Shown here one piece after another: positions 1 through 13,755 of a stretch of DNA of 64,000 bases. Below the pieces are notes generated by a model. It was not told where the DNA came from, made no database searches, and saw only the letters and a program-made list of their open reading frames with translations. The DNA lies in contig NC_043007.1 of NCBI RefSeq assembly GCF_006345805.1, positions 69,068,001 through 69,132,000 of the forward strand. The letters run 5' to 3'. How positions within the stretch are numbered: position 1 is the stretch's first letter; each line of letters opens with the position of its first letter. The translations under genes and the position numbers were made by a program. This DNA is from Octopus sinensis (Eukaryota).

Positions 1-119
1 ATGTCTTTTATTATAGGCCCGAATTTAATCAACAAAAAATGTTTAGAAACCCATCGTAAACTCCTATGTGTGTGTGTGTGTATACATATTTATTATATTA
101 TATTATATATATATATATA

Positions 120-172
<53 letters not shown>

Positions 173-175
173 CTA

Positions 176-910
<735 letters not shown>

Positions 911-928
911 ACATATATATATATATAT

Positions 929-963
<35 letters not shown>

Positions 964-1484
964 ATATATATATATATATACACATATATAAAGTTAATCC
1001 AAACAAGAAAACACAGAAAAAAAGAGAAAAAAACACAGCAACGCAGGACGTGGAACAATTAAAGTATACATACATACATATATTTGTACATATTTATATT
1101 TATATATTTATATATATTTACATACACTGAGATTACAGTCACTTCCATGGACATATGATCCCATGAACTGCCATTAATGTATCAACTTTACATTAACATT
1201 TACCAGCAACGCAGGTGACATGAGTCAGTAAGCGAGCCTCTATGTCGTTATCCGTCTTGTTAGAAATAGCAACCAAATCAGTCTTAAAACATAGCTTGTC
1301 ATCTTAAGCAAGGAAGAACACATTAGTTAATGCGGATTTTGATACCATGTGTGATTGGATGGTCCCGGCTAGAACGTCTTTGTTTATAGGCCTTCTGGAT
1401 CATATTCTAACTTTAGGCAAAATAAAGCCACAAACAAAATTAACGACACGAAATGAAAATATTAATGTTATATACACAAACTAG

Positions 1485-1812
1485 AAATCGTAGGAGCACT
1501 CCGTCGGTTAAGACGATGAGGGTCCCAGCTGATACGATCAACGGAACAGCTTGCTCATGAAATTAACGTGCAAGTGGCTGAGCATTCCACAGACACGTGT
1601 TCCCTCAACGTAGTTCTCAATGACATTCAGCGTGACACAGAGGGTGACAAAGCTGACACTTTTGAAATACAGGTACTACTCATTTTTGCCAGCTGAGTGG
1701 ACTGGAGCAAAGTGAAATAAAGTGTCTTGCTCAAGGACACAACGCGTCACAGGGAATCGAACTCACAACCTTACGATCATGATCCGAATGCCCTAACCAC
1801 TAAGCCACACAC
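1485..1812 (-). mobile_element. tRNA-derived SINE
   Basis: Minus strand begins GTGTGGCTTAGTGGTTAGGGC (A box)...GAGTTCGATTCCC (B box), then TGTGTCCTTGAGCAAGACACTT (CORE/V-like central domain). Confidence 0.75.
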
Positions 1813-1904
1813 CCTCACTATACAAACTAGATATACACACTCATACATGTACATGCACACACACACATACGTACAAACATATATGCATATATTTGTACAC
1901 ACAT

Positions 1905-3075
1905 CTTTTACTTGTTTCAGTTATTAGACTGCAACCATGCTTGGGTACTGCGTTGAAGAATTTTTGATCGACTCAATCGATCCAAGTACTTCTTTAAAAG
2001 CTTTGTATTATTTCCACCAGTTTCTTTTGCCGAACTGCTAAGTTACGTGGACGTAAACGCACCAACATCGGCTGTCAAGCGATGGAGAGGGACAAACACT
2101 GACACAGACACACACATACATACATACATACATACATACATACATACATACATAATACATACATACATACATACATACACACATACATACATACATACAT
2201 ACATACATACATACATACATACATACATACATACATACATACGTCGATTTGGGATAGAGAACAGGAACTGTGTACAGTCGTGGAAATCAGCTGCCCAGTG
2301 GATGTTAACATAAAGCTGAAGGTCAGTGGAAAATAGAATACCTACGCTAAGCTATTGAGAAATTTGCAGTTACTCTAACCAGATTACAAGTTCAGGTTTA
2401 CACAGGTAATTACTGGGGCCCTGGGATATGTAACACACTGCCTAAAATACCAATCTTGAGAAATTAGGCTTCTCAAAACCAGAAAGGAGGAAGATCCAAG
2501 CCATCACTGGAACTGTAAAAACTTTACAGAAGTTTATCATTTAAGTATATATGGGCATGTCTAGATATGCAACTATATACACGAGAAGACATACGTAAAA
2601 CAAAACATACAAATCTGCACATATACATACATACGTACATACATACATAGATACATACGTACATACGTACGTACATACATAGATACATACATACATACAT
2701 ACATACATACATACATACATACATACATACATACATACATACACACATATATACATACACACATACATACATTCATACATACATACAGAAATATCTTGTT
2801 GTTGATGTCCAAATTCCAATGAATGATCCTTGAATCTCAGTTAGAAAATGGCTGTTTCTCTATTGGCAAGAAATCTTGAAATAGAACTGAATAGTCACAC
2901 ACACAAACACACGCACACACGACGGGCTTCTTTCAGTTTCCGTCTATCAAATCTACTCACAAGCTTTTGGTCGGCCTGGGGCTGTACATAGAAGACATTT
3001 ACCTATGGTACCACGCAATGGGACTGAACCGGGGACCATGTGGTTGGGAAGGAATCTTCCTACCACAGTCTCGCA
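1905..3075 (-). mobile_element. CORE-type tRNA SINE split at its internal microsatellite (5' half ~2920-3075, 3' half ~1905-2105)
   Basis: Both halves match the uninterrupted copy at 27377-27855. Confidence 0.75.
2243..2895 (+). mobile_element. 5'-truncated non-LTR retrotransposon with a restriction-like endonuclease (RLE) C-terminus, in (CATA)n
   Basis: Reads IWDREQELCTVVEISCPVDVNIKLK...TY..L.....VITGALG with in-frame stops. This aligns by eye with the RLE end of the element at 14807-16447 (DREENTCRLIEVSVPTDKN...KY..L...IIVGALG). Confidence 0.7.
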
Positions 3076-3654
3076 TGTGAGTAATGGTTTAAAAGTGCTC
3101 AAGATAGATATGTGTCTTGCTCGTTTCTGTTCCTGGTGAAGTCAATTTCTTTTCACATGTGAAACATCCGAAATCTTCCAGATATGAAGAGAGAAGGAGG
3201 AGAAAGACTATCCAGTACGGGAGAGTGTTTCTGTACTTATCGACCCTCGGGAGCGTTTATAGATGAAGTAGTGGATGTTGTTTTAGTACAGTCACCAATA
3301 CCAACACCAGTCATCAGGCGCGCTCGCACACACACTGCCACACACGCACACACACTCATGCACACATACGCACGAACAAACTCACATACGACAACAGACA
3401 TGAAGTCACGCGTATCGCATCACAAACACTCATTGATACACAATTTGCTTCAATCTCTTTCCATCAACAAAAACACACACACACATACGTGCAAACACTC
3501 ACGCACACACACACACACAAACGTACAAATTCATATACACTTACAATCATTGACACACGCACACAAATGCTTAGACTCGCAACAACAAACTTACAGCATC
3601 ATAAACACAAACACAAGAACACACAACTACGCAAATACATATACTCTTACAACC

Positions 3655-3884
3655 TATTTCTTTATTGCCCCCAAGGGGCTAAACATAGAGGGGACAAACA
3701 AGGACAGACATAGGTATTAAGTCGATTACATCGACCCCAGTGCGTAACTGGTACTTAATTTATCGACCCTGAAAGGATGAAAAGCAAAGTTGACCTCGGC
3801 GGAATTTGAACTCACAACGTAACGACAGACGAAATACGCTACGCATTTCGCCCGGCGTGATAACGTTTCTGCCAGCTCGCCTCC
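3655..3884 (-). mobile_element. Full-length tRNA-derived SINE with 17-bp target-site duplication
   Basis: TSD CATATACTCTTACAACC at 3638-3654 and 3885-3901. Head GGCGAGCTGGCAGAA, B box GAGTTCAAATTCC, central TTTCATCCTTTCAGGGTCGATAAATTAAGTACCAG domain (resembles the Meta-SINE domain), A-rich tail. Confidence 0.85.
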
Positions 3885-3973
3885 CATATACTCTTACAAC
3901 CACAAGCGCACACACAAAGGCACGGAAACACTAACACACACACACACATACTCACACGCAGACATGCACATGC

Positions 3974-4005
<32 letters not shown>

Positions 4006-4869
4006 GCATACACAGAGGTTTGTACGAACATGTACGCTCACAGATGCGCGCACACGGACACACGCACACTACACACACGCATACACGCACACTATATATA
4101 TATACTCACACATGCACTCTACACACACGCATGCGCACGCACAGACACTACAAACACTCACACTCACACGCGCGCATGCACACGCACACACGCACTCATG
4201 CAGGCACACATACAAACACACGCATTACAAAGAAGGGGTCACATAGTTTCAGTCCATTTCTACAAAGTCTTTCCATTTAGTGTGTCCCCTTAAAATACCA
4301 GAAACATTGAGAATTGTTTGAAAAGATGCGGCAAAGATGAAAGCCTCGACGTCTCCAGGTTCAACCTTAAATCACAAGATTAGCTGTTACTTGGCAACCC
4401 ATATCTTTAATGATGCCTCACTATCCTCGCACCTTCACCATCTCTCTCCCATCTCTCTCTCTTCCTCTCTCACCATCCTCCCATCTTCATCGTACCCCCT
4501 CTCTCACCATCTTCCTACTTTCACCATACCTTCTTTCTCTCTCACTATGGTCTCACCCTCACATATCTTTCTCTTATTCTCGTCACTCAACATATTTCTC
4601 TCTCCCTCACTCTCACCCTATCTTTTCTTTCTCTGTCCCCATCGCCTCACTCCCATCATATTTTATTATCATCCCGGCAATCAAATTCCTCTCTCTCTCT
4701 CTATCTATCTATCTTTCCCTATTTCTCTCTCTCCTTCTCTCGTCTTTCCTCTCCTTTTCTCTCCCTCTCTCCTTTTTTTCCTCTCTCCCTCTTTCTTTCT
4801 CCTCCTCTCTCTGCCCCTCTCTTTTCCAACTTGGTTTGCTATTTTCTTTTAATTTCATTCTATCTATCC

Positions 4870-4928
<59 letters not shown>

Positions 4929-4990
4929 ATCTATCTATCTGTATCTATCTATCTATCTATCTATCTATCTTCTATCTATCTATCTATCTG

Positions 4991-6457
4991 TAGGTGCGAC
5001 TAGGCACTGGAGAAGCAAGCCCATGCCGTCCACCAGCGCTCCGTCGTGGGACGCTGGACCGACGGCCCGGTTGAGTTGCTCGGGGTCTGGTTTGGTCCGG
5101 ACCTCCAAGTGGAGAAGAACTGGAACGAGATAACGAGTAGGGTGGTCACTCTCGCCCGGCAATGGGCCGAGAGGAAACTGTCCCTAAAAGGTCGAGCGGA
5201 GGTGGCGAACACGTACATCGCGTCCGTCATCTACTACCGCCTGACCGTCGTACCTTGTCCCGACCCTACCATCACCAACTACAAACGCATCCTCTTTCGC
5301 TTCTTGTGGAAAGGATGCGTCCCGATGGTCAGGCGATCCATTTGCTGTCAACACCCGTTAAAAGGAGGGTTGGGCATGCCGTGGTTGATGATGCGCAGAC
5401 ACGCGCTGAGACTGCGACATCTCTGGCTCTATGTAGACGACGGTGAACAGGTGTGGTCGCCGTTTGTGAGGCACGCTTTCCCGCAGCTCGTCTCCATGAC
5501 CGAACTGCAGTCGTGGATCAAAAAGAGGCCGAGGAAGGGCGAATGGCACCGCGAGTGTCGCGTTGCTCTCAAGCAACTCTGCCGTCCTGGGTCGACCTTA
5601 AGTGACTTCAACACAACCAAAGCATTCTATAGGGTTTAGTGGAGGGGAGGTACGACGACGAGCTCGGGGCGAACCTGGACGTCGACGAGGAGTACCTGAC
5701 CCGCCTGTTCGGGACGACTTTCGGGCCAGGGCCCATGGACAACTTCCAGAGATCCCTGGCCTGGCAGTGCTACCGAGAAGCGCTACCCGTTCGGGATAAG
5801 CTCTACAGACACGGCTCGAGAAACACGGGGCCGACCTGCCCGAGATGCGGTCAGAGCGACGAAACCGTTCTGCACGCACTCGTTCAGTGTCCAACATTTC
5901 CGACCTGTGGGCTTATGTCGAACAACTGCTGTCACGTGTGGGACGAGTCGGTTTATCAGCTGAGTCTATCGTCAATTTCACGCCCTCCTTCCTTCAAACG
6001 GGAAGGAAGAGCTATTTTCATCATCCTTGTGGCTATGGCGAAAGAATGATCTGGTGGACGCGTCTGAAAGGATTGGAGACAAACACTTTCCTCTCTGGTC
6101 AATCTCTCATCAACTTCTTCAAGTACCACTTGAAAAGGAAAGTGAGAGTAGAGAGGCAAGTTTTGTCTAGCGAATGTTTTAAAAAAAGATGGGTGAATGT
6201 AGCAAGAATGGCACGTATGAATGACGAAGCCACCTTGAGCATAGTCCTATGAACCCAGAAATCGAAAACAGAGAGTTGCTTATTGCAAAAAAAAAAAAAA
6301 AAAAAAGAAATATAAAATGTGACTTCATTGACCGAGGTTACCGTGGTCTTTTCCGCAGGCTTTTCTTTCCACGGGTAAACCTCACCTGTCCTCCCCTTTA
6401 CACTTCATATTGACATTTCTGTGATAACGATCCCTATTGATATTTTTTTTTCCTCCC

Positions 6458-6489
<32 letters not shown>

Positions 6490-6654
6490 TAACCCCCCTT
6501 ATTTTTGTCCTCTTTCTCTCCTTTTACGATCCCTTTTGATCGAACCTCCCCCTCCTTTTTTTTTTTTTTTTTTTTTTTTTAATACCTTCAAAAGAAAAGC
6601 TCTACCTTGTAATTTGTTCTATCTGTGTGCAGCCCTGTGTGGCTAATAAAGAAA
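4991..6654 (+). mobile_element. 5'-truncated Tx1/L1-clade LINE, copy 1 (ORF2 C-terminal part, frameshifted)
   Basis: ORF pieces 5046-5639, 5639-~5900 and ~5900-6252 carry LGVWFG, LSLKGRAEVAN and the zinc knuckle CPRCGQSDETVLHALVQC. The 3' UTR ends AATAAAGAAA. Flanked by (TATC)n. Confidence 0.85.
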
Positions 6655-6670
6655 CATATCTATCTATCTG

Positions 6671-7848
6671 TAGGCATGCCGTGATTGATGATGCGCAGGC
6701 ATACGCTGAGACTGCAACATCTCTGGAACTTCATCGATGACGGTGTGAGTGCCGTTTGTGAGGCGCGCCTTCCCGCAGCTCGTCTCACTGACCGAACTGC
6801 AAACGTGGATCAGGAAGAGACCGAAACTGGGCGATTGGCACCGAGAGTGTCGCCAAGCTCTACAGCAGCTCTGCCGACCGGGGTCAAACTTGTGCAACTT
6901 ACAAACGACTAAAGCGTTCTATAGAGGACTAGTGGAGGGGAGGTCCGACGACACACTCGGGGCAAACCTGGGCGTCGACGAGAAATTCCTAACCCGCCTG
7001 TTCAGGACGACGTTCGGGCCGGGGCCTATGGATAACTTCCAGAAATCCCTGGCTTGGCAATGCTATCAAGACGCACTACCTGTTCGAGAGAAGAGCTACA
7101 GGCACGGTTCGAAAACCATCAGCGGACCGACCTGCCCGAGATGCGGTCACAGCGACGAAACCGTTCTGCACGCACTCGTGCAGTGTCCAGATATTTCAGA
7201 GCTGTGGACCTTCGTCGAACAGCTGTTGTCGCGTGTAGGACGGGCCCGCTTATCGGCCGAGTCTATCGTAAATATTGTTCCACCACCTTCCTTTAAACGG
7301 GAAGGGAAAACGATTTTCGTTACGCTGATGGCAATGGCGAAAGAATGTGTGTGGTGGACGCGTTTGAAAGGGCTGCAAACAAACACCTTCCTCTCTGGTC
7401 AGTCCCTCGTCAACTTTTTCAAGTACCACTTCAAAAGGAGGATGAGAATAGAGAGGAAGGCTTTGTCGAACGAATGTTTTAATAAAAAGTGGGTAAAAGT
7501 GGCAAAAATGGTTAGTATGAAAGACGACACTATTTTAAGCGTAAATCTACGACCAAAAGAGACAACGAGAGGTAAGGTGACTTACTCATGTGTTCATTTT
7601 CGAACTGTCTGAGGTGACCTTGGTCTTTTTTGTAGGTTTTTCTTTCCAGGGCTACACCTAAACTGTGAACTTTATTTATATATATATATATATTATATTT
7701 TTATACACCACACAGCCCACAGATCCCTATTGATCGAACGTTTTTTATCTTTGTATGTCCCACCCATCCCACCTCGAAAAGAAAAAACTCTACATTGTAT
7801 TTCGTCCATTTTTATTCTGTGTTTAGCCCTGTGTGGCCACATTAAAAG
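6671..7848 (+). mobile_element. 5'-truncated Tx1/L1-clade LINE, copy 2 (diverged subfamily)
   Basis: ORF 6749-7612 is clearly homologous to copy 1 (CPRCGHSDETVLHALVQC). Preceded by TATCTATCTATCTG and followed by (TATC)n to 7923. Confidence 0.85.
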
Positions 7849-7922
<74 letters not shown>

Positions 7923-8063
7923 GACATATTTATTTCTCTGTATATGTATATATAGGTGGGTGTGAGTGTGTATACATATATAAGAATTATAAGAATATAT
8001 ATATATTCTTATATAAGTACATACATATATATGTGTATATATATATATCCATATATATGCATG

Positions 8064-8117
<54 letters not shown>

Positions 8118-8262
8118 GATGTATATAAATATATACATATGTATTGTGACTTCCAATTCCTAGATTGGGTGGTGTATTGTGTTCTTGAGCAAAACACTTC
8201 ATCTCATTTTACACTGCAATCAATTCGACACCTGATGCGTGGTATAGAGTGCACCTCTTCAT

Positions 8263-8308
<46 letters not shown>

Positions 8309-9162
8309 AAATATATAATGCAGGATGTGTGTGTATATGTGTGTAGGTGAATGTAATTTATGAACGTCCACAAATTAGCACGCATTTCGCTCCAATTTTA
8401 GGAGGACATTCGTCATGATCCTAGCTGTATTTTCGTCACCTTATTTTCCCAGAGGCACCAGCGAATAGTAGTAAAATAAATTTTCAACCAAAACTTTTAA
8501 CAATTTTCTAGTTGGAGTAATCACCATTGTTTACAAACAGGAGCTAAATCCCTTCCTAGTGACGAGGAAGTTTTTGTTTAGACTATATAGATATCAATTT
8601 GTATACGGCAATATAAATAATATAGATTCATATATGTACATATACATACATATATACATATGTATCTCTCTTTCATACTTTCTCTCTATATAAATGTGTG
8701 TGTGTGTGTGTGTATGCAAAAAGGCCTTATTCCATGTCCTCGTGCTTTGTATTTTTTGTTGTTTATGTTTTGTGACGTCCTGTACTCACATATGCATATT
8801 ATATACGTATACGTGTAAGTATGTACGTATACGTATCTATATATGCATATGTATATTATTTATATTATTATTATTATTACTATATATATATATACATATA
8901 TGTATGTATATATATATATTGGAAGGTTTGGAGATGATGTACAGGTATTATATATTAGAAAAAATGAGGTAATCAGATCGGATGGTTCATATTTATAGAT
9001 ATTTATTTATATATTACATTTTTTACATATATATCATATCATTCAGATCATATCATTCGGATTAGCGCTTTCTCCCAATCGAGTGGGCTTTTCAAATCAA
9101 AATATATATATGTATGTATGTATGTATATACATATACATACATACATATACATATATACATA

Positions 9163-9242
<80 letters not shown>

Positions 9243-9309
9243 ATACATATACATATGACAATGTAACCAATTGAAATTATATATATATATATATATAATA
9301 TATATATAT

Positions 9310-11500
9310 ATAAATTAGAGATAAAACTACTATTAGGCAAATCAAACAGTGAAAAACATAAACCAAAACATAAAAATTAAAATAATTAATATAATATACA
9401 AAATATATAAAATATAAAATTAAAAGATTTAAATTATTTAGATTTAAAATTAAAATTGTTAATTTATATTTATAAATTTTTATATTTTTTATATAAATTT
9501 TTTTTATTAAATATATATAACTATCAAAAGTTTAATATAAGATAATAAGTAAAACCACTACGTACGTTTCATGCCAATAACCTAATTCGAATTACAATAA
9601 TTTAATTTCAATTAATAATTCGAATTATTGTTAAAGTCAATCTTCAGGTTAAAGATAATAGTTAAATAAATAAACAAATATATTTAAACAATATTTTTTA
9701 AGAAATAAATAAAATAGTAATTTTTCTTATAAAAAACTCTATTATCAAACTAGAAACTTTAACGATTGTGATTATGTCATATAATCCAATTATAATGTTA
9801 AATATTAATTTTTAAGGTAAGAATAGATAGAACATGTATTTATCTATTCAGATATAAAATGGATTTAAAAAAACATAAACTCACGAATAACGTAATCTCA
9901 GTTATAGTCAATATCTAATTACCTAATTATTTAACAAAAAAATATAATTAAAAAAATCACTATTCATATTATTAAATTTAAGTTCAAATCAAATAATTAT
10001 AAAATATTTGAATAATAACTAAGTTATCAATAAATATATATAAATATATATAAATATAAGAATTAAGATCTAAAATTATCTTTATCAATAAATATATATA
10101 TACGTATAATAAAAAACTAAATGAATTAATTATTCATTATTACTTATGAAATATATTAAAAATTAAAAGATTAAAGAGGAAAAAGCAAATTGTAAACAAA
10201 TAAACTATCTTAAAAGAAACCTATAACTATTTCACGATCTATATATCTCGTTGGCTAATTAATAACTTACAAAAACCGTAGAGTTAAGAACTAATAATAA
10301 AATAATGAAATACAGATCTTCAACAACTAAATACTTATACAATGAAATTATCAATCCGTAGTTATATAGTATCCAAAAAAATACTACGAATATATTTATC
10401 AATGAAAAATACTACGACAAATTATCAATTGAAAATAGCTATATATAAGCTATAATAGAACAAAGTCAACTATTAAATATATTTATGAATATATAAAATA
10501 GCTTAAAAAAACATAATAAACTCACAAATATCCCTAACTCAGTTATAGTCCAAAAATTTAATTACCAAATTATTTAACTAAAAAATCATTATTCATATAT
10601 TAGATTTAAGTACACATCTAATAATCATAAAATATTTAAAAATAATAACTAAATAACTATCAACAAATATAGTAATTAAAGACTAAAATTTATGCTATCA
10701 ATAAATGTATAGACATGAAGCCTAACTTTAAAAAATCGTATTACTATTAACGATCTATATATCTCTTTGGCTAAGTAAAGTCTTACAAATAAACGTAGAG
10801 TTAAAATCTAATAATTATACATAACTTCGATAACTAAATCATTACATAACTATCAGTATTTATATAGAATACAAAATTATACAATAAGACTTATTAAAAT
10901 ATTTAAAATTTTTAACTTTCTAAATCTTAAATAGAAATAGAATACTTAGCTGCTGCAGATACATACATATATGTGGTGGTGGCGAGGCATTTCTACATGG
11001 GTGGTATTTGCATGTCTTTACGCCAAAAGTTGTGTCTAGAAAGTATGTATCGTTTCTTTTAGATCTAATGGCACCCTTTAAATTTACTGCGGAAAAGAGA
11101 TTCTATGAAACCTTTTTCTAAGCATGTGTAGATGATAGGTGTTCCACATGACTAGATCTCACTAAAACAGTATTTTGGTAAATATCTGTTTCTGAACAAC
11201 GCATCTTTGCATTCATAATACATTCTGACAGATTAGAATGTGAATATATGATTGCTGTTGTTTTTCACCTGCGGAGAGCACTTCTCCGTTTTAGATGGTG
11301 TGTGTTCGTAACACAGGCGACTCTCCTGTGTAAAAGGACTTCGAGATACAGTAATATTTCGACATCATTTTGTCTCCTCAATTGATGCTATACCATCGGA
11401 CCAATGAATCTATGCAGAGCACGTAATCGGTAAGCAAATAATTTGTAATCGGTAAACAAAATATGTTGATGTTTGTCAAACAGATAATAATTCATGATAT
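9310..11500 (-). mobile_element. AT-rich repeat, probably a degenerate Penelope-like element
   Basis: Its end (AAATTAGAGATAAAAC.ACTATTA.GCAA.TCAAACAGTGA) recurs at ~62705. It has a hammerhead-like motif at 9559-9647, an internal direct duplication, and faint minus-strand motifs (ETDIY, GVKTCKYHPC) reminiscent of the Penelope RT-endonuclease linker. Confidence 0.45.
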
Positions 11501-11861
11501 GTACGCAGAAGAGCGATAATCTAAACAATAACGTACCTATCTATTCTATTTTTATATATTCTGAAGATTCGAAAGTGAAAATTTGATCTTTTTTGTGTTG
11601 CTTTTTTCTTTATTATTCTTTTTTTGTTGTTGTTGTTTTATCGTCGAAGAACAACTCGCCACGGTAACTCTGAGGGTGGAGAAACACAATACTGTCGAAA
11701 TACCGCAGTGCCTCGAAGTCCCCTTATACAGGTGGATGGTATGTGTTATGAACAAAATTCGTCTAAAATGGAAAAAGGGGTTCTCCGACGACGAAAAACA
11801 AGAGCGATCAGATATTCACGTTCAAATATCTGAATTAAAAAACATTAAAAATTAGTAAAAA

Positions 11862-12440
11862 TTAGTAAATAGCTTGGATTCTTGTTCTGCTTTTCAACCA
11901 TTGTTGGGATTTTGCTTTGTCTATTTCTTTTTTGTTTAGCTTAACCCAATATTTGCCATGAAGGGGCTTTTCTTGCGATCGTTTTATCATGATCCTTTGC
12001 TGTTCCAGTTTTAGTCTACATTTCAGTTGTTTTACAGCTTTTGTCGTTTCTTCTTTTTCTTCATAATTGTTAGGTACTATGACTTCTTTTTTGTATTTAT
12101 CATCTTCTTTAAAGACTGCAAGCAGTTTTCTGTTTTGTTCGTGTTTTGTGGTTATTTGTATCAGTTTTCCTAACTTCTGAAGTAGGTATTTCTGTAGTCT
12201 TATGGTGGTTATTTTGTAATAATTTTCTGTCTGTGCAATATTTCTACCACCTTCGATACGTTTTATATATAGCATTTCTATGTCAAATTTTGGGTGGTGC
12301 ATCCTAAATCCTGTTATTATTCTTCTTCTTTTCCTGTCTATTTTGATTAGCTCATTTAGAGTCCAGTTAAGAATATTGTAGCTGTAACTTGTAGCTGGGA
12401 CAGCTAGAGTGTTGATACCTATTATCTTGTTTTTCGCATT
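11862..12440 (-). mobile_element. Dong/R4-type LINE internal fragment
   Basis: ORF 11862-12302 has MHHPK...LYIKR.EGGR and KPLHGKY...SQQWLK, homologous to 14807-16447. Its 5' side abuts (TAA)n. Confidence 0.8.
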
Positions 12441-12453
12441 ATTATTGTTATTA

Positions 12454-12516
<63 letters not shown>

Positions 12517-12522
<6 letters not shown>

Positions 12523-13680
12523 TTTAAAAGAATTGATGTAACTCTTCACAAATGTAAATAGAAAATATGAAGAAGGTAATGCAATTGCAATGGATATTTT
12601 ATTTGTTGAACGATATTTCGACAGCAAGCCTGCCTTTGTCGAGTTCCAAATGAAAAGTGATAAAAATTCAAAATTATAGAAATTCAAAACCAAAATATGA
12701 ACAAGCACAACCAGCGTCCGCACGTTGACAGAATGACATCAGCAGTCTTCAAGTTCAATTTTACAACTAGCAAAAAGAAAAAGAAAGAAAAAGTGAAAAA
12801 AATGAAAAATAAAGAAAAAAGAAAAGGAAAAAAGAAGAATAATATCTAATCAAACAGTTTGTGTAAATTTCATGAAATTCTCCTATCATTTTATTCATTC
12901 CTTCATAAACATATCTCTCATCAGGCATTTTGGGTACTGAAATTGTGGCAGATTCAGAATATTTTCTGAGAAAATGCATTTCCAAGTCTTTTTTTGCAAA
13001 ATCGCAGCCATTTGATGCAAAATGTTTGGCAAGTTCTAGCGATCTGCTGTTATTGTGCCTGACGTCATATCTCTGCCCATTGAATCTTTTGTTTAATTGC
13101 TTTGTTGTACAACTGGCATAAATCAAGTTGTGTTTCTTTCTACCAGTTGTAAAATTGAACTTTGAAGACTGATGATATCATTCCATCAACGTGTGGACGC
13201 TGGTTGCTCTCGTTCGTATTTTGGATTCGAATTCCTAATTTTGAAATTTTATCACTTTTCATTTTGAACTCGACAAAGACAGGCTTGCTATCGAACTATC
13301 GTTCTTCCAATAAGACATCTATTGCAATCGCATCGCGTTCTTCGTATTATCTGTTTACTTTTGGGAAGAGTTACGTCAATCCTTTTAAAATATCAAAATC
13401 TAGTAGCTTGAGATAATTGGTTTTATGTTATATCGGAGGGTCTTACATCGAATATACTAATGTGTGCATCACAGCCAGACGATTCATTACTGAAGACTGA
13501 TGATGTCATTCCATCAACGTGTGGACGCTGGTTACTCACGTTCGTATTTTGGATTTGAATTTCTATAATTTTGAATTTTATCACTTTTCAAATTGATCTC
13601 GACAAATACAGGGTTGCTGTCGAAATATCGCTCAACCAATAAAATATCTAATGCAATCGAGTCGCCCTCTTCGTATTCTC
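12517..13680 (-). mobile_element. Penelope-like GIY-YIG relic between ~250-bp inverted repeats, plus a third copy of the repeat
   Basis: 12517-12770 is the inverted copy of 13142-13392, and 13490-13680 repeats the latter directly. ORF 12767-13126 reads LIYA...TTKQLNKRFNGQRYDV...LAKHF...CD, typical of Penelope endonucleases. Confidence 0.65.

Positions 13681-13755
<75 letters not shown>

Noticed and set aside
9310-10950. Mitochondrial insertion (NUMT) suggested by the AT richness
   Set aside because: No recognisable mitochondrial gene. Its end recurs at 62705 as a dispersed repeat.
13166-13200. CTGATGA at 13168 and 13497 as hammerhead cores
   Set aside because: No stem II followed by GAAA at a suitable distance.
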